A stretch of DNA of 64,000 nt, from IMG/VR virus record IMGVR_UViG_3300020349_000003. The stretch is one strand, 5' to 3'. The stretch is from a virus (Duplodnaviria > Caudoviricetes). The position numbers and the translations under genes are program-made. The notes under the pieces are model-generated. The model saw only the letters and a list, made by a program, of their open reading frames with translations, was not told the origin of the DNA and made no database searches. Shown here piece after piece: positions 11,832-20,967 of the stretch (positions are counted from its first letter, which is position 1; every line of letters starts with the position of its first letter).

Positions 11832-12250
11832 TATCCAGCTCTTTGTAAAACAAATTTAACTTCTTCAACAATAGGTATGCCTACTACTTGGTATGATATC
11901 GTTACTGACAGTTTATTATTTCCTTTAAACGGAACAGCATTAACATCTCTAAGTTGTACTCTACTCTCATGTTGGTTAATGGTATTTATTATCTCACTCT
12001 TAATTGCGTCTACACTAAATGCATCTAAAGGTTCAAATAGCATAGCATATACTTGACAACCTATAGTAGGTTGAAATAATTTTTCACCTGGTGCAGTCAT
12101 TACCAGATTTCTGATAGACTGTTTTATAGCATTATCATTCTTGACAACAGATATGTCATCAGTGAATGGATTCTTACCGAAAGCCATACCAATATCATTA
12201 AATGACCTAGATTGTGCTAGATCTTTACTACTAATCGGTTTTAGTGCCAT
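11831..12250 (-). CDS. gp25: Baseplate wedge subunit gp25
   Basis: AIKQSIRNLVMTAPGEKLFQPTIGC...LFEP motif; start moved to MALKPISS, downstream of the late promoter. Confidence 0.92.
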   Translation of the reverse strand: MALKPISSKDLAQSRSFNDIGMAFGKNPFTDDISVVKNDNAIKQSIRNLVMTAPGEKLFQPTIGCQVYAMLFEPLDAFSVDAIKSEIINTINQHESRVQLRDVNAVPFKGNNKLSVTISYQVVGIPIVEEVKFVLQRAG

Positions 12251-12279
12251 TATCTTTAACAATAGGAGATACCCTATTG

Positions 12280-12921
12280 TTATTTATCGTGGATAACAGT
12301 CCTTTCAAAAGAAATATTAAATGAGAGACTTATTCTTTCATTATCAGTTGTATTAGTCTGAATACCATGCATCAACCATCCAGGAAATAACATTATGTTC
12401 CCTTCTTCGGGTTTATACTCATGACGAGGGGTTAAATTGGAAAATATCTTAGATGTACCTAAATGGGGGTTTGGAGTTTCAAAGAATAGATTTCCATCCT
12501 CTCCATTGGTCTTAATATAATAAACACCCGATATATCTGTAGCTCCATGATGATGTATATGTCCGTAATTACCTTTTTTAAATAATGAAAACCAAGATTC
12601 TGCAACGGAACAATTTCCATTATAATTCAAATATTGACAATAGTTTACGATATGTTTAGATAGTTCTTGAACAAATACATCCATTTGATGTTCTTTGACT
12701 ACATTCAATTTAAAGAATATATCAGACAAATAATGACTAGACCAACAAGGATTCATTTCAAATTCAGTCTTTTTCAAAGCACCGAACATTTCCTCTTGAA
12801 TATCATCAAAATTACTCACCTTAGCGGAATAGATGGGTGTTGGGTATAGATTTTGGATTACATCATCATTATTGATGATAAACCTATCACTTACATGAGC
12901 TGGATTTACATCAGGCATCAA
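12280..12921 (-). CDS. Putative 2OG-Fe(II) oxygenase (TIGR02466-like)
   Basis: HIHHH...ISGVYY...LFPGWLMHG...RISLSFN double-stranded beta-helix motifs. Confidence 0.85.
   Translation of the reverse strand: MMPDVNPAHVSDRFIINNDDVIQNLYPTPIYSAKVSNFDDIQEEMFGALKKTEFEMNPCWSSHYLSDIFFKLNVVKEHQMDVFVQELSKHIVNYCQYLNYNGNCSVAESWFSLFKKGNYGHIHHHGATDISGVYYIKTNGEDGNLFFETPNPHLGTSKIFSNLTPRHEYKPEEGNIMLFPGWLMHGIQTNTTDNERISLSFNISFERTVIHDK
12281..12288 (-). promoter_or_regulatory. T4-type late promoter (GATAAATA)
   Basis: 1 mismatch to TATAAATA, overlapping the upstream stop codon, about 30 nt before gp25. Confidence 0.6.
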
Positions 12922-13643
12922 CGATACCTTTTAGCGTATGTCATCTCTTCAATAAACCCTTTAATAGCACTAAGAACTAATTTCCTGAATGATACACTCG
13001 CTTCACCCTGTATCTCCTCAAACATGTACATATTCAACCTAAATGCATAATTTGCTTCTACTACTATAGCATTAACATCTCCTTGGTCAACATCAATCAT
13101 ATTATCCAAAACACTACGATATGATTGCTTAAACATCTTCTTATCAAGAATCTCAGGGAATTCATAGAAGTCTAGACCTCTATCAAGTAGACCTAGAGCA
13201 TTTTTAGCAATACCACCAAGAATAACACCACCAGACAGATCTCCCATGTATCTTGTATAATGATGTGCTATTAGTAGTTTAGGATTGTCGTTTGCTACTT
13301 CTTTAATGCGATTTACATACTGTTGAGTCGCTTCCGTGGGTGATATTTGCTCTTCCCAATTATCACCCCAAAAATACTTACAATCCGCAACTAACGCATC
13401 CTTTCTTGCCAAACCGTTTAATCTAATAGGTCCAACATATGGATCATCTTTAAGCCTTTCCATCTCAGACTCCATAGTCTGATACACAAAGTAAAAATTA
13501 GCAATTAATTGACGATAGTTACTCTCATTAACAACTCCCTTAAGAAATTGTTTGACAAAGGTAGTATTCTCTGCCATAGTGTGAGCCTTTTTTGTACCCA
13601 TCTTCAATTGTAAGGAAAATGGACCTTCTTGTAGTGTTGTCAT
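12918..13643 (-). CDS. ho1: Heme oxygenase (auxiliary metabolic gene)
   Basis: GTKKAHTMAEN (proximal His) and AHHYTRYMGDLSGG heme oxygenase signature. Confidence 0.95.
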   Translation of the reverse strand: MTTLQEGPFSLQLKMGTKKAHTMAENTTFVKQFLKGVVNESNYRQLIANFYFVYQTMESEMERLKDDPYVGPIRLNGLARKDALVADCKYFWGDNWEEQISPTEATQQYVNRIKEVANDNPKLLIAHHYTRYMGDLSGGVILGGIAKNALGLLDRGLDFYEFPEILDKKMFKQSYRSVLDNMIDVDQGDVNAIVVEANYAFRLNMYMFEEIQGEASVSFRKLVLSAIKGFIEEMTYAKRYR

Positions 13644-13645
13644 AA

Positions 13646-15217
13646 TTATTCAAAAAATAAATTACCTGAAAGAACGTATCTACCATCAACAGGTGTTTCT
13701 GGTACTTTATGACTCATTCTGCCATCAAATAGAATCAATTTACCTTCAGCTGGTTCAATTTCTACATTATCATCTTTAAACATCAGTGGTGGACTACCTT
13801 CTGGGCAATTAATGTAATATGCAAAGGAACGTGTAGAAGTTCTATGATTATGCCAATCAATTCTTGTACCTTTATCATATCTAACACCCCAGATCTCCGC
13901 ATTAACTGGATACAGTCCATTAACTGCACTATGGTAATTTTCAGGAAATAGGACTAAACGCATCCAATTCCACAACTTCTCCACTTCAGGACATTGAACG
14001 TGTGCATCCCAACGAGTCATATGAGCTTTACACGCTTGTGGTCTAAATTCAAATAATGGTTCGTTATCAATCCACTCCATCATTCCTTTATTATCTCTTG
14101 CCCAAAATGGATATTCCCATTCATCAAGGAATGGTTCATAGTTAAGTGGCATTTCTTTCTTCCCTCCTCCTAATGGGGTGTTTCCTCTACGGTCTTTATC
14201 AGGGCTAAAATACTTATCAAAATCTGGTTGTTCAATGCTTATTTCATCAGTATGAGCAAATGCCTTTGAACTATATGACATTTTTGGTTGAAATGAGGAA
14301 ACTATAGGTGTAACTTCCTTTGGTTCTTTACCTTTAATCTCAACCTCATGTGCATATGTTATACACTGAGATATATCTCTACCAGAAGGTACTTTTCCAT
14401 GTATCTCTCGTTTAAATTGTACTTGCTGTTCACCATTGAAATCAACAACACGATTGAGATCTGTCGTTCTATATTCTTCAAGTTCAGGCTCTCTATGACT
14501 AATACTTCCTAAAATGGGAGGAGTCTCATAGAAATCCGTTTTAGTATCAAGAAATATGTTTCCAGATATACTAATTCTATCATCAGGACAATTATAAAAT
14601 GGATATACCGTATGTTTTAAACCAGATGGGAATAGTAATAGTGTATTTTCACGGGACTTATCCATTTTATAAAGATATCCCTGAACCTTACCTGCCATAT
14701 CCGTAAAAACGAATTCAAAGTCAGATATTACATTACCATTTCTATTCTGTCCAATAGGAAGATTATTCTGTTCTGTTGAATCTGTGGGAATCTTTAACCA
14801 AGCAACAAAACTATAAACACCAGCATGGTTGTGTACAGGATTGAATTCATGTTGTTTTTGGTAATTTACCCACCAATTATTCAAATAATATGGATGTTTC
14901 CCCTCAACAGGTACATGACGACCCATATTGTCGTAAGTATCAGCAAATTTATTACATAATGGATATAATGTAGTATCCCAAAAGATATTATCAATATCCT
15001 CTAATTTGTAACTGTTATCTATATGACCTACTAAAGTTCTAGTGTGAGTTGTTCCTTTCTGTTCAATACACTTCCAAATGTGGTCAACTTGGTGAGGTTG
15101 TAAATCAACCTCTAACCATCCTCCTACAGGAGGTGTTACTGCGGTAACAAACTCCCAATCCGTAGGAGTTCTCCTAGCAGTGTCTATGTATTCGTAAGGT
15201 TGAGGGTTTGTTTCCAT
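13646..15217 (-). CDS. Tandem two-domain 2OG-Fe(II) oxygenase-like protein
   Basis: Domain 1: NPVHNH...LFPSGLKHTV...RISISGN. Domain 2: DWHNH...LFDGRMSHKV...RYVLSGN. Confidence 0.8.
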   Translation of the reverse strand: METNPQPYEYIDTARRTPTDWEFVTAVTPPVGGWLEVDLQPHQVDHIWKCIEQKGTTHTRTLVGHIDNSYKLEDIDNIFWDTTLYPLCNKFADTYDNMGRHVPVEGKHPYYLNNWWVNYQKQHEFNPVHNHAGVYSFVAWLKIPTDSTEQNNLPIGQNRNGNVISDFEFVFTDMAGKVQGYLYKMDKSRENTLLLFPSGLKHTVYPFYNCPDDRISISGNIFLDTKTDFYETPPILGSISHREPELEEYRTTDLNRVVDFNGEQQVQFKREIHGKVPSGRDISQCITYAHEVEIKGKEPKEVTPIVSSFQPKMSYSSKAFAHTDEISIEQPDFDKYFSPDKDRRGNTPLGGGKKEMPLNYEPFLDEWEYPFWARDNKGMMEWIDNEPLFEFRPQACKAHMTRWDAHVQCPEVEKLWNWMRLVLFPENYHSAVNGLYPVNAEIWGVRYDKGTRIDWHNHRTSTRSFAYYINCPEGSPPLMFKDDNVEIEPAEGKLILFDGRMSHKVPETPVDGRYVLSGNLFFE

Positions 15218-15366
15218 TAACGTCCTTGACCTCTATACTTCTTCGCTTTAACGTTACGGGAAGTAGCACTTACTTTAGTGTTTTGAGACTTACCTTGACG
15301 GGTTTTCTTAGGTTTTGATGGGATGTAATCACCCGAATCATTCCATGCACCGCTTGCTTTTGCCAT
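15217..15366 (-). CDS. Small basic protein, 49 aa
   Basis: Read by eye: MAKASGAWNDSGDYIPSKPKKTRQGKSQNTKVSATSRNVKAKKYRGQGR; TAATG overlap with the next gene. Confidence 0.75.
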   Translation of the reverse strand: MAKASGAWNDSGDYIPSKPKKTRQGKSQNTKVSATSRNVKAKKYRGQGR

Positions 15367-15368
15367 AA

Positions 15369-15914
15369 TTAAATTCCAATGTATACATTTGCACTACTAC
15401 CTGCAATTACAGACTTACAGGGATATTCAGTAGTTCCGTTACCCAAAGGGTCACCTACTCTTGCCACGTACTTACCGTTAATTCTAACGGACTTTGATGT
15501 GGCATATGCTTTACGTTTGTGTCCTGTAGCTGGTTCACGACCTGCTGCAGTACCTATAACGCAATGATAAGCTGGGGTTTGCTCTGTATTAGTGCAATCC
15601 TCATTTGCAGACTTAGTAGTATGCATAGTAGGTGTGGAATGAGGTATTAACTCATCACCATCTAGTATTGGTATTTTACCATTAATTACTACATTTGTCA
15701 CCTGGGTAGATGAATCAGGTAACTGTCTTTCTGGTGGCCACCAAGTTGTAGGATCCATCTCATCAACTGTCTTTGCAACAATACTACTATCCGTAGGAGA
15801 ATGAGGACAATTAGAAAGAGTGCCTCCACCAAACCCAGGATGATGTATTGAAGGTAAAGAAGTACCGTGTCCAGTACAACTTCCATTATATGTTGCTATA
15901 GATTGAGTAGTCAT
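15369..15914 (-). CDS. PAAR-repeat spike-tip protein (gp5.4-like)
   Basis: NVVINGKIPILDGD, SKSVRINGKYVARVGDP...C..VIAGSSANVYIG; Cys/His metal ligands. Confidence 0.8.
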   Translation of the reverse strand: MTTQSIATYNGSCTGHGTSLPSIHHPGFGGGTLSNCPHSPTDSSIVAKTVDEMDPTTWWPPERQLPDSSTQVTNVVINGKIPILDGDELIPHSTPTMHTTKSANEDCTNTEQTPAYHCVIGTAAGREPATGHKRKAYATSKSVRINGKYVARVGDPLGNGTTEYPCKSVIAGSSANVYIGI

Positions 15915-18262
15915 GGTAGATATTCTCCCGTATTAAATGGATTGCCGTACTCTGTAATTGCGTCCTTCCAGACATTAGCAGATTTTGTCAAAGAATTGTA
16001 CATAGGTAGCGTTCCAGTAGCATTCCATGTTTGACATCCAGATCCAAGAAGCGGTGACATAGTGTATGTAGTAACGGTATTTCCGCTAGTATTATCAACA
16101 TTACCTGTATTAGGAGCACTACATCCTATATGTCCACACCCAGTATTAACAGGTGTGCATGATAATGCGACATTAATGTCTACTTTCTTGGTTGCATCAG
16201 CTCTATATTGACGCATATGGTATTTAGTGTAGTTAGAAGCATGAGGTAAACCGCTAAAACGCCCTTGTACAGTGGTAACCATGCGTTCACGGTTAACAGC
16301 ATACGCAGGAACTGACGCTTGTGTTATATCTTCTATGTCTTGTAACCGCATTTCTTTGTTACGATCCTTTTCATGCACCAATACATCACCAAACCAGGCG
16401 GGATATATGTCACCTACATGCACTAATGAGTAATTAACTGCGAATCTTGCGTCAAATTCCTCCATAGTTGTACTCTTATAGTGATATTGAGGTACTTTTT
16501 GCACTCTATTCAGATCTGGGTCTTGTTTTAGAGTGATTCTTGGTGCATAATTGACCTCGGCTTGTTCTCTAGGGTGCCGTAACCAACAATCTGCTACCTT
16601 ATTAAGCATCTCGGTATCCGTTCCACCAGGTATTGAGTTAAGAATGTTCTGAAAATCACTAACATCAGTATCTCTATACGCTGCATTCTGTATTCTATCA
16701 ATCTCTTCCTTATAAATGTTCTGCACATATGGTCGTGGTAGAGGTGTTTGAGTATATCCAGACCCTCCACGACTAACCTTGACTGCAGTAAGCACTCCAT
16801 TAGTCCATGCTGGCTTAAGTTCTGCCTGTGTTCCACTAACAGCATAGGGTGGAGGTACTATAAGATCTGGTTCTCTACCGTATTGGTTCCATCCAGACCC
16901 ACCATCTACTAATGTAACACCAGTCAAAATACCATTCGTAATGGTCACATCAATAACAGGTGGCACAAGTAGATTATATGTGTCTGGAGCGTTTTGATCA
17001 ACGTCTGCAGGTACATATTGCACTGATTTGTCCAAAAATTCGTAAAATCCGACTAAAATTGCCCTATCTGGCACCATATAACCAGCTTTTACCGTAATAA
17101 CGTGCGATCTATTGCTAGTATACTGCGTTTCTTTAGCAAAACTGCTCCCATTTCCATCAATATAGGCAATATGGTAAGGAAAATTGTCTAAATCGGTGTG
17201 AAATACCCTCTTAACTGTATGTCCATTAATAGTATCACCAGAACGTAAAACATCGAATCCTTCTTGCCCTTCTGTTGCTTGGTACGCTTGTACTGTCTTT
17301 ACTTTTAAATTTAAGTTTAGTACGGAGGTACTATTATCAGGGTGAGTGTGAGTATACTCTAAGGTAAACGTTTGACCAGCACTATACCCTACTCCTGGTG
17401 ATAAGATCTCTGAAATAGTCCACGAGGTACCTGAGAATGTTGTGGTTGCCCCACTATCGTCATATACTGCCTTAATTCTTGCCTTTACACTGAAACCTGT
17501 GGACGCTCCCGAATTTAGGGTAAAGATTTTAAAGTCATCAAAGAACTCATCCCCTGCCATATAAGGATTATCACCAGAAACGTACTCTGTACCGACTACA
17601 GTGTTCTCGTTCCATACGTCAGTCCATGTGGTTCCGTCGTCAGAGACCTCAAAATCAGAAACTCCATTAGGTAACGTGGTTGAAAGCGAGTTATAACTGA
17701 ATACAACCTTCTTACTAAGGGTTCCTATTGAAAATAGAGTTGGATGAGGGCAGTCGGGGTCGGCACACCCACATTCAGCAGCACCAGGTACATCATAAGT
17801 TAATGTGGTTGTCGCAGGGGTGCATGAAAACGCCCCACAAGGGTAGCAAGTGTCTGTAGATGAACTTGCACCTGTTTGAGTGTTTGTGACGTTCTCAGTC
17901 TCTATATGGTAGCAAGGAGTGCCTACTACACCTGCATCGTTTGAGGTGTCATACAGATAGGAGAACCATGTATCTGAGAAACCGTGGTCATATGATAGAC
18001 CCTCTGGGTAATAATCGAAATATAACGTCTCACCACATGCTGACTTAGTATACTTACCACAATTCGCTACACTACTTCCACTCAATGCGATAGATGGGTA
18101 CATTACTGTAGACCCATCTCTTCCAGGGATGTTATAAGCACCTCCCCTTATCGCATTAGTTGGATATTCTTTAAATTCTACAAGAGTAACTCCTTCTCCT
18201 GTTCCAGGTTCAAACCTTTCACAGGAATTGGAACTACAATCATTCTGTGGGTTGCACCCCAT
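15911..18262 (-). CDS. Cys-rich putative virion/baseplate protein
   Basis: 783 aa, Thr/Ser/Gly-rich, GGSGW/GGSGY repeat units like gp7; coupled to the PAAR gene. Confidence 0.6.
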   Translation of the reverse strand: MGCNPQNDCSSNSCERFEPGTGEGVTLVEFKEYPTNAIRGGAYNIPGRDGSTVMYPSIALSGSSVANCGKYTKSACGETLYFDYYPEGLSYDHGFSDTWFSYLYDTSNDAGVVGTPCYHIETENVTNTQTGASSSTDTCYPCGAFSCTPATTTLTYDVPGAAECGCADPDCPHPTLFSIGTLSKKVVFSYNSLSTTLPNGVSDFEVSDDGTTWTDVWNENTVVGTEYVSGDNPYMAGDEFFDDFKIFTLNSGASTGFSVKARIKAVYDDSGATTTFSGTSWTISEILSPGVGYSAGQTFTLEYTHTHPDNSTSVLNLNLKVKTVQAYQATEGQEGFDVLRSGDTINGHTVKRVFHTDLDNFPYHIAYIDGNGSSFAKETQYTSNRSHVITVKAGYMVPDRAILVGFYEFLDKSVQYVPADVDQNAPDTYNLLVPPVIDVTITNGILTGVTLVDGGSGWNQYGREPDLIVPPPYAVSGTQAELKPAWTNGVLTAVKVSRGGSGYTQTPLPRPYVQNIYKEEIDRIQNAAYRDTDVSDFQNILNSIPGGTDTEMLNKVADCWLRHPREQAEVNYAPRITLKQDPDLNRVQKVPQYHYKSTTMEEFDARFAVNYSLVHVGDIYPAWFGDVLVHEKDRNKEMRLQDIEDITQASVPAYAVNRERMVTTVQGRFSGLPHASNYTKYHMRQYRADATKKVDINVALSCTPVNTGCGHIGCSAPNTGNVDNTSGNTVTTYTMSPLLGSGCQTWNATGTLPMYNSLTKSANVWKDAITEYGNPFNTGEYLP

Positions 18263-18911
18263 CTGTCTTACCTTCTAGTGAATCCAATCTCTTGTTTATT
18301 GCTCCTATAAGGAAACTTAAACCTTGAAATTGCTGTTCCATACCAATCACCCTTGACTGAATTACTCCATCAAGTCTTGCTTCAAATGAATCCATCTTAC
18401 TATGTAAAGCATTGAAATTCTCTTCCAATGTCATAAACTGTTTAGTACCTTCATTACTGATTAAAAACTCTTGTAATATTCTTTCAGGTCTCTCCATTTC
18501 ACCAAGATACTTCTCCATACCCTCTAGACGTTTATGAAGTACTTCGATACATTGGTTAAGAGCAACGTGTGCTTCTTGGTTGTCATCTAGACAGTACTTA
18601 ATCCATTCCCAATCTATTTCATCACCTTCTGTACTATTAGGTATAGGAACGTCTACTCTAGCAGATCCTTTCATAAGGTCATCCAAGAAATCATCAATTT
18701 GTTCTCTCTTATCTAATTCCATTGCTGTGCCTATACCACCCTTCTGTATCTTATCCAGATCTGGAGGTAGGTCTTCTTCTGTTAATTGACTATCATAAGG
18801 AGTTCCCATCTCCTCTTTTGCTGCTTTTAAGTGTGCTTGATATTCTTCATCATCTTGTTTGTCAAGTTCTGTAGGATTGTCCCCAGTGAGAAATGGTGAT
18901 TCTTCAGTCAT
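18240..18911 (-). CDS. Acidic coiled-coil hypothetical protein
   Basis: 223 aa ORF with heptad-like C-terminus. Confidence 0.7.
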   Translation of the reverse strand: MTEESPFLTGDNPTELDKQDDEEYQAHLKAAKEEMGTPYDSQLTEEDLPPDLDKIQKGGIGTAMELDKREQIDDFLDDLMKGSARVDVPIPNSTEGDEIDWEWIKYCLDDNQEAHVALNQCIEVLHKRLEGMEKYLGEMERPERILQEFLISNEGTKQFMTLEENFNALHSKMDSFEARLDGVIQSRVIGMEQQFQGLSFLIGAINKRLDSLEGKTDGVQPTE

Positions 18912-19062
18912 CTTTTAATAATTTAAGTGAGTTTTCATCTATACTATAATTTAGCACTTCTCCAACCTCCCAATTTAGTTCGGAGTATACCTCTTCTGGG
19001 ATATACATGAAGAGATCTCCATATTCATCCTCTTCTACGTTTATTGTAAATCTCTTGGACAT
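18904..19062 (-). CDS. AbrB/MazE/SpoVT-like small DNA-binding protein, 52 aa
   Basis: Read by eye: MSKRFTINVEEDEYGDLFMYIPEEVYSELNWEVGEVLNYSIDENSLKLLKDD (IPxE...LxWxxGxxL pattern). Confidence 0.6.
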   Translation of the reverse strand: MSKRFTINVEEDEYGDLFMYIPEEVYSELNWEVGEVLNYSIDENSLKLLKDD

Positions 19063-19065
19063 ATT

Positions 19066-19281
19066 TCATAAGCGATTAATTTGTGTATTTGGATCAGGTG
19101 TACTATTCTTCCATCTTTCCCATAAGGTATATAGTTCCTTCAAATCTTTGGATATACCTTCTGTTAGGGCATGGTCTGCACAAGCATACATCCGAGTTTC
19201 TAAGTGCCCTTCTTTGCGTATCAATTGCTCTAAGCACCATGTTCTGTCATCTTGATAATCTTGGAAAAACTCTGGAGTCAT
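19066..19281 (-). CDS. Hypothetical phage protein
   Basis: 71 aa ORF; first gene after the non-coding boundary. Confidence 0.7.
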   Translation of the reverse strand: MTPEFFQDYQDDRTWCLEQLIRKEGHLETRMYACADHALTEGISKDLKELYTLWERWKNSTPDPNTQINRL

Positions 19282-19475
19282 GTTTTTGTACTGGGAAAAT
19301 TTTTTAAATATTTTTATATATCACTTGCTCTTGGGAACCTTTGTAGGTTAGGGTAGTTTGCTTTTTAATATAACGGCCCCCATCAAGACCGAGAACCCCC
19401 ATGAACACTGCGATTTGGGCGGAGTTCTTTACATTTAATAACCTATTAAACTGTCCTGAGTGTTACATAGGCATG

Positions 19476-19505
19476 AAAAAGGGAGTGCTTGGTTAACACT
19501 CCCAT
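19476..19505 (-). terminator. Rho-independent terminator
   Basis: GGGAGTG/CACTCCC stem followed by U5 on the minus strand, just after 19513..19743. Confidence 0.75.
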
Positions 19506-19512
19506 TCTAACA

Positions 19513-19743
19513 TTATGCTGCTAGATTGTCAAGAACTGACTGCTCAATCTCTGTGACGTTTGTAACACTTCCTAACCACTTATTGATGTGCCTAGATGTT
19601 GTTACAGACCAGAATTTAGATGTTCTAACATAACCTTCAGAAGGTAAATATGCTGCAACTGGTGTTCTATAACTGAAGAAGATTTGTGTTCCGTCGTTAA
19701 TAGTAACTTCGTTCTGATTAGCAGCGATAGGTGTTAGTTTCAT
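19513..19743 (-). CDS. Conserved early hypothetical protein
   Basis: 76 aa, SYRTPVAA...SVTTSRHINKW; own promoter and terminator. Confidence 0.8.
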   Translation of the reverse strand: MKLTPIAANQNEVTINDGTQIFFSYRTPVAAYLPSEGYVRTSKFWSVTTSRHINKWLGSVTNVTEIEQSVLDNLAA

Positions 19744-19774
19744 TTAGGATTAATCCTTTGTTTGTTACTCTCTT

Positions 19775-19832
19775 ATTATAACCCCTCAGAGGGTGCTTAC
19801 AACAACCTGTGTGCCACTTTGTCTACTGTCAC
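19775..19832 (-). promoter_or_regulatory. Early promoter: TATAAT plus upstream palindrome
   Basis: -10 at 19775-80; GTGCCA-N10-TGTCAC at 19811-32. Confidence 0.8.
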
Positions 19833-19891
19833 ACCCTAAGTGTTACTTAAGGGCAAAGATCTGTCATGGGTTTCTGTTACCTCTCAAGGTA

Positions 19892-19921
19892 ATTATAGCA
19901 TGATTTGTTATAATCTGTCAA
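19892..19921 (-). promoter_or_regulatory. Sigma70-like promoter
   Basis: TTGACA-N18-TATAAT with extended -10 TG. Confidence 0.65.
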
Positions 19922-19946
19922 GAATATTGTGATATCCTCGTTAACA

Positions 19947-19975
19947 TTGACAGTCGGTAGATTACGTGCTAAGAC
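19947..19975 (+). promoter_or_regulatory. Divergent sigma70-like promoter facing the DnaA-box cluster
   Basis: TTGACA-N17-TAAGAC with TG extension; weak -10. Confidence 0.4.
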
Positions 19976-19981
19976 TACATT

Positions 19982-20074
19982 TTCTCCACAGGTTTTCCAC
20001 AGTTAACTAACACTTAACCTAGTTTATTTAACCATTTAATTGTTTTCCACAAAAACACGATTACCTGTGGAAAA
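19982..20074. repeat. Cluster of four DnaA-box-like 9-mers
   Basis: TTCTCCACA 19982-90, TTTTCCACA 19993-20001, TTTTCCACA 20043-51, TGTGGAAAA 20066-74; non-coding with an AT-rich spacer. Confidence 0.65.
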
Positions 20075-20077
20075 GTA

Positions 20078-20218
20078 TCATTTAGTGACCCATAATCTGT
20101 TCTCTCTGATATACTCCCACTGTATGATGATTAACTCCTTTAAAGTAATAAACACATAATGCAATTGTTCTCCGTGAGTAACATCGTAGTGACTGTAATC
20201 CTTCTTGTTAATTGTCAT
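20078..20218 (-). CDS. Small hypothetical protein, 46 aa
   Basis: Read by eye: MTINKKDYSHYDVTHGEQLHYVF...; ATGA coupling with the upstream gene. Confidence 0.55.
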   Translation of the reverse strand: MTINKKDYSHYDVTHGEQLHYVFITLKELIIIQWEYIRENRLWVTK

Positions 20219-20493
20219 TGTACATCTCCATATCTTCCCTCTTGTGATTTATACATAGCGGCACCATCTGTAGGTGCTTCCGTAACATTTAACAGGTGGA
20301 CATCTTTCCAATACTTGTTATTACATAAGAGGTTAACTTCTCCATATGGGTTACAACTACCTAATGCTAATTCGGGTGACTTTTTCCACCTTCTCAACGT
20401 GATAGTTATATACATTTTGTCAATGAAATTAACCTCTCCTTGTTCATCATTCCAGCGTACGATTTGTCCCTTCTTAAACTCATTGAAACGCAT
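20215..20493 (-). CDS. Hypothetical early protein
   Basis: Likely start MRFNEFKKGQ, which avoids overlap with 20504..20692. Confidence 0.65.
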   Translation of the reverse strand: MRFNEFKKGQIVRWNDEQGEVNFIDKMYITITLRRWKKSPELALGSCNPYGEVNLLCNNKYWKDVHLLNVTEAPTDGAAMYKSQEGRYGDVQ

Positions 20494-20503
20494 GTAATTA
20501 CCC

Positions 20504-20692
20504 TCAGTGATTGTCAACAATGTCCCAAAACCATCCGATTGATTTGATATAATCAAAGCATGAAAAACGTGGGAGATCTTTATATCTATCTCCCCTAGAG
20601 TTTCTAACACCGTCCATGTACAATTCTAGGTCACTAACTGTTTCAAACGTACCATGTAATTTGTCTGAGTTGTCATATACTTTATACTGCAT
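20504..20692 (-). CDS. Hypothetical early protein
   Basis: 62 aa ORF tiling the operon. Confidence 0.7.
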   Translation of the reverse strand: MQYKVYDNSDKLHGTFETVSDLELYMDGVRNSRGDRYKDLPRFSCFDYIKSIGWFWDIVDNH

Positions 20693-20694
20693 GA

Positions 20695-20886
20695 TTAGAT
20701 GTGTATGTAATAACGTAGGTCACCAGATATCTCTCCATGAATGTTATTCTCTGGGTCATCTTTTAACCTACAAAATCTTCTTACTGGCACAACTGCCACA
20801 CAATCTTCATCCCAACATAGGGCATCTTGTAATAACATATCATCCGAAAATGATTGTAATTCTGTTAACAAATCAAGGTAAGTCAT
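20695..20886 (-). CDS. Hypothetical early protein
   Basis: Likely start MTYLDLLTELQ; N-terminus resembles 24500..24697 (MTYKELAEHL). Confidence 0.6.
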   Translation of the reverse strand: MTYLDLLTELQSFSDDMLLQDALCWDEDCVAVVPVRRFCRLKDDPENNIHGEISGDLRYYIHI

Positions 20887-20967
20887 GGTGTCGTTTGTGT
20901 TAAATTGGTGAGCGTAACTATCCCATCCAGTTGTTAATATGTTCCAAGGGATTAGGATGGGGTGCAT

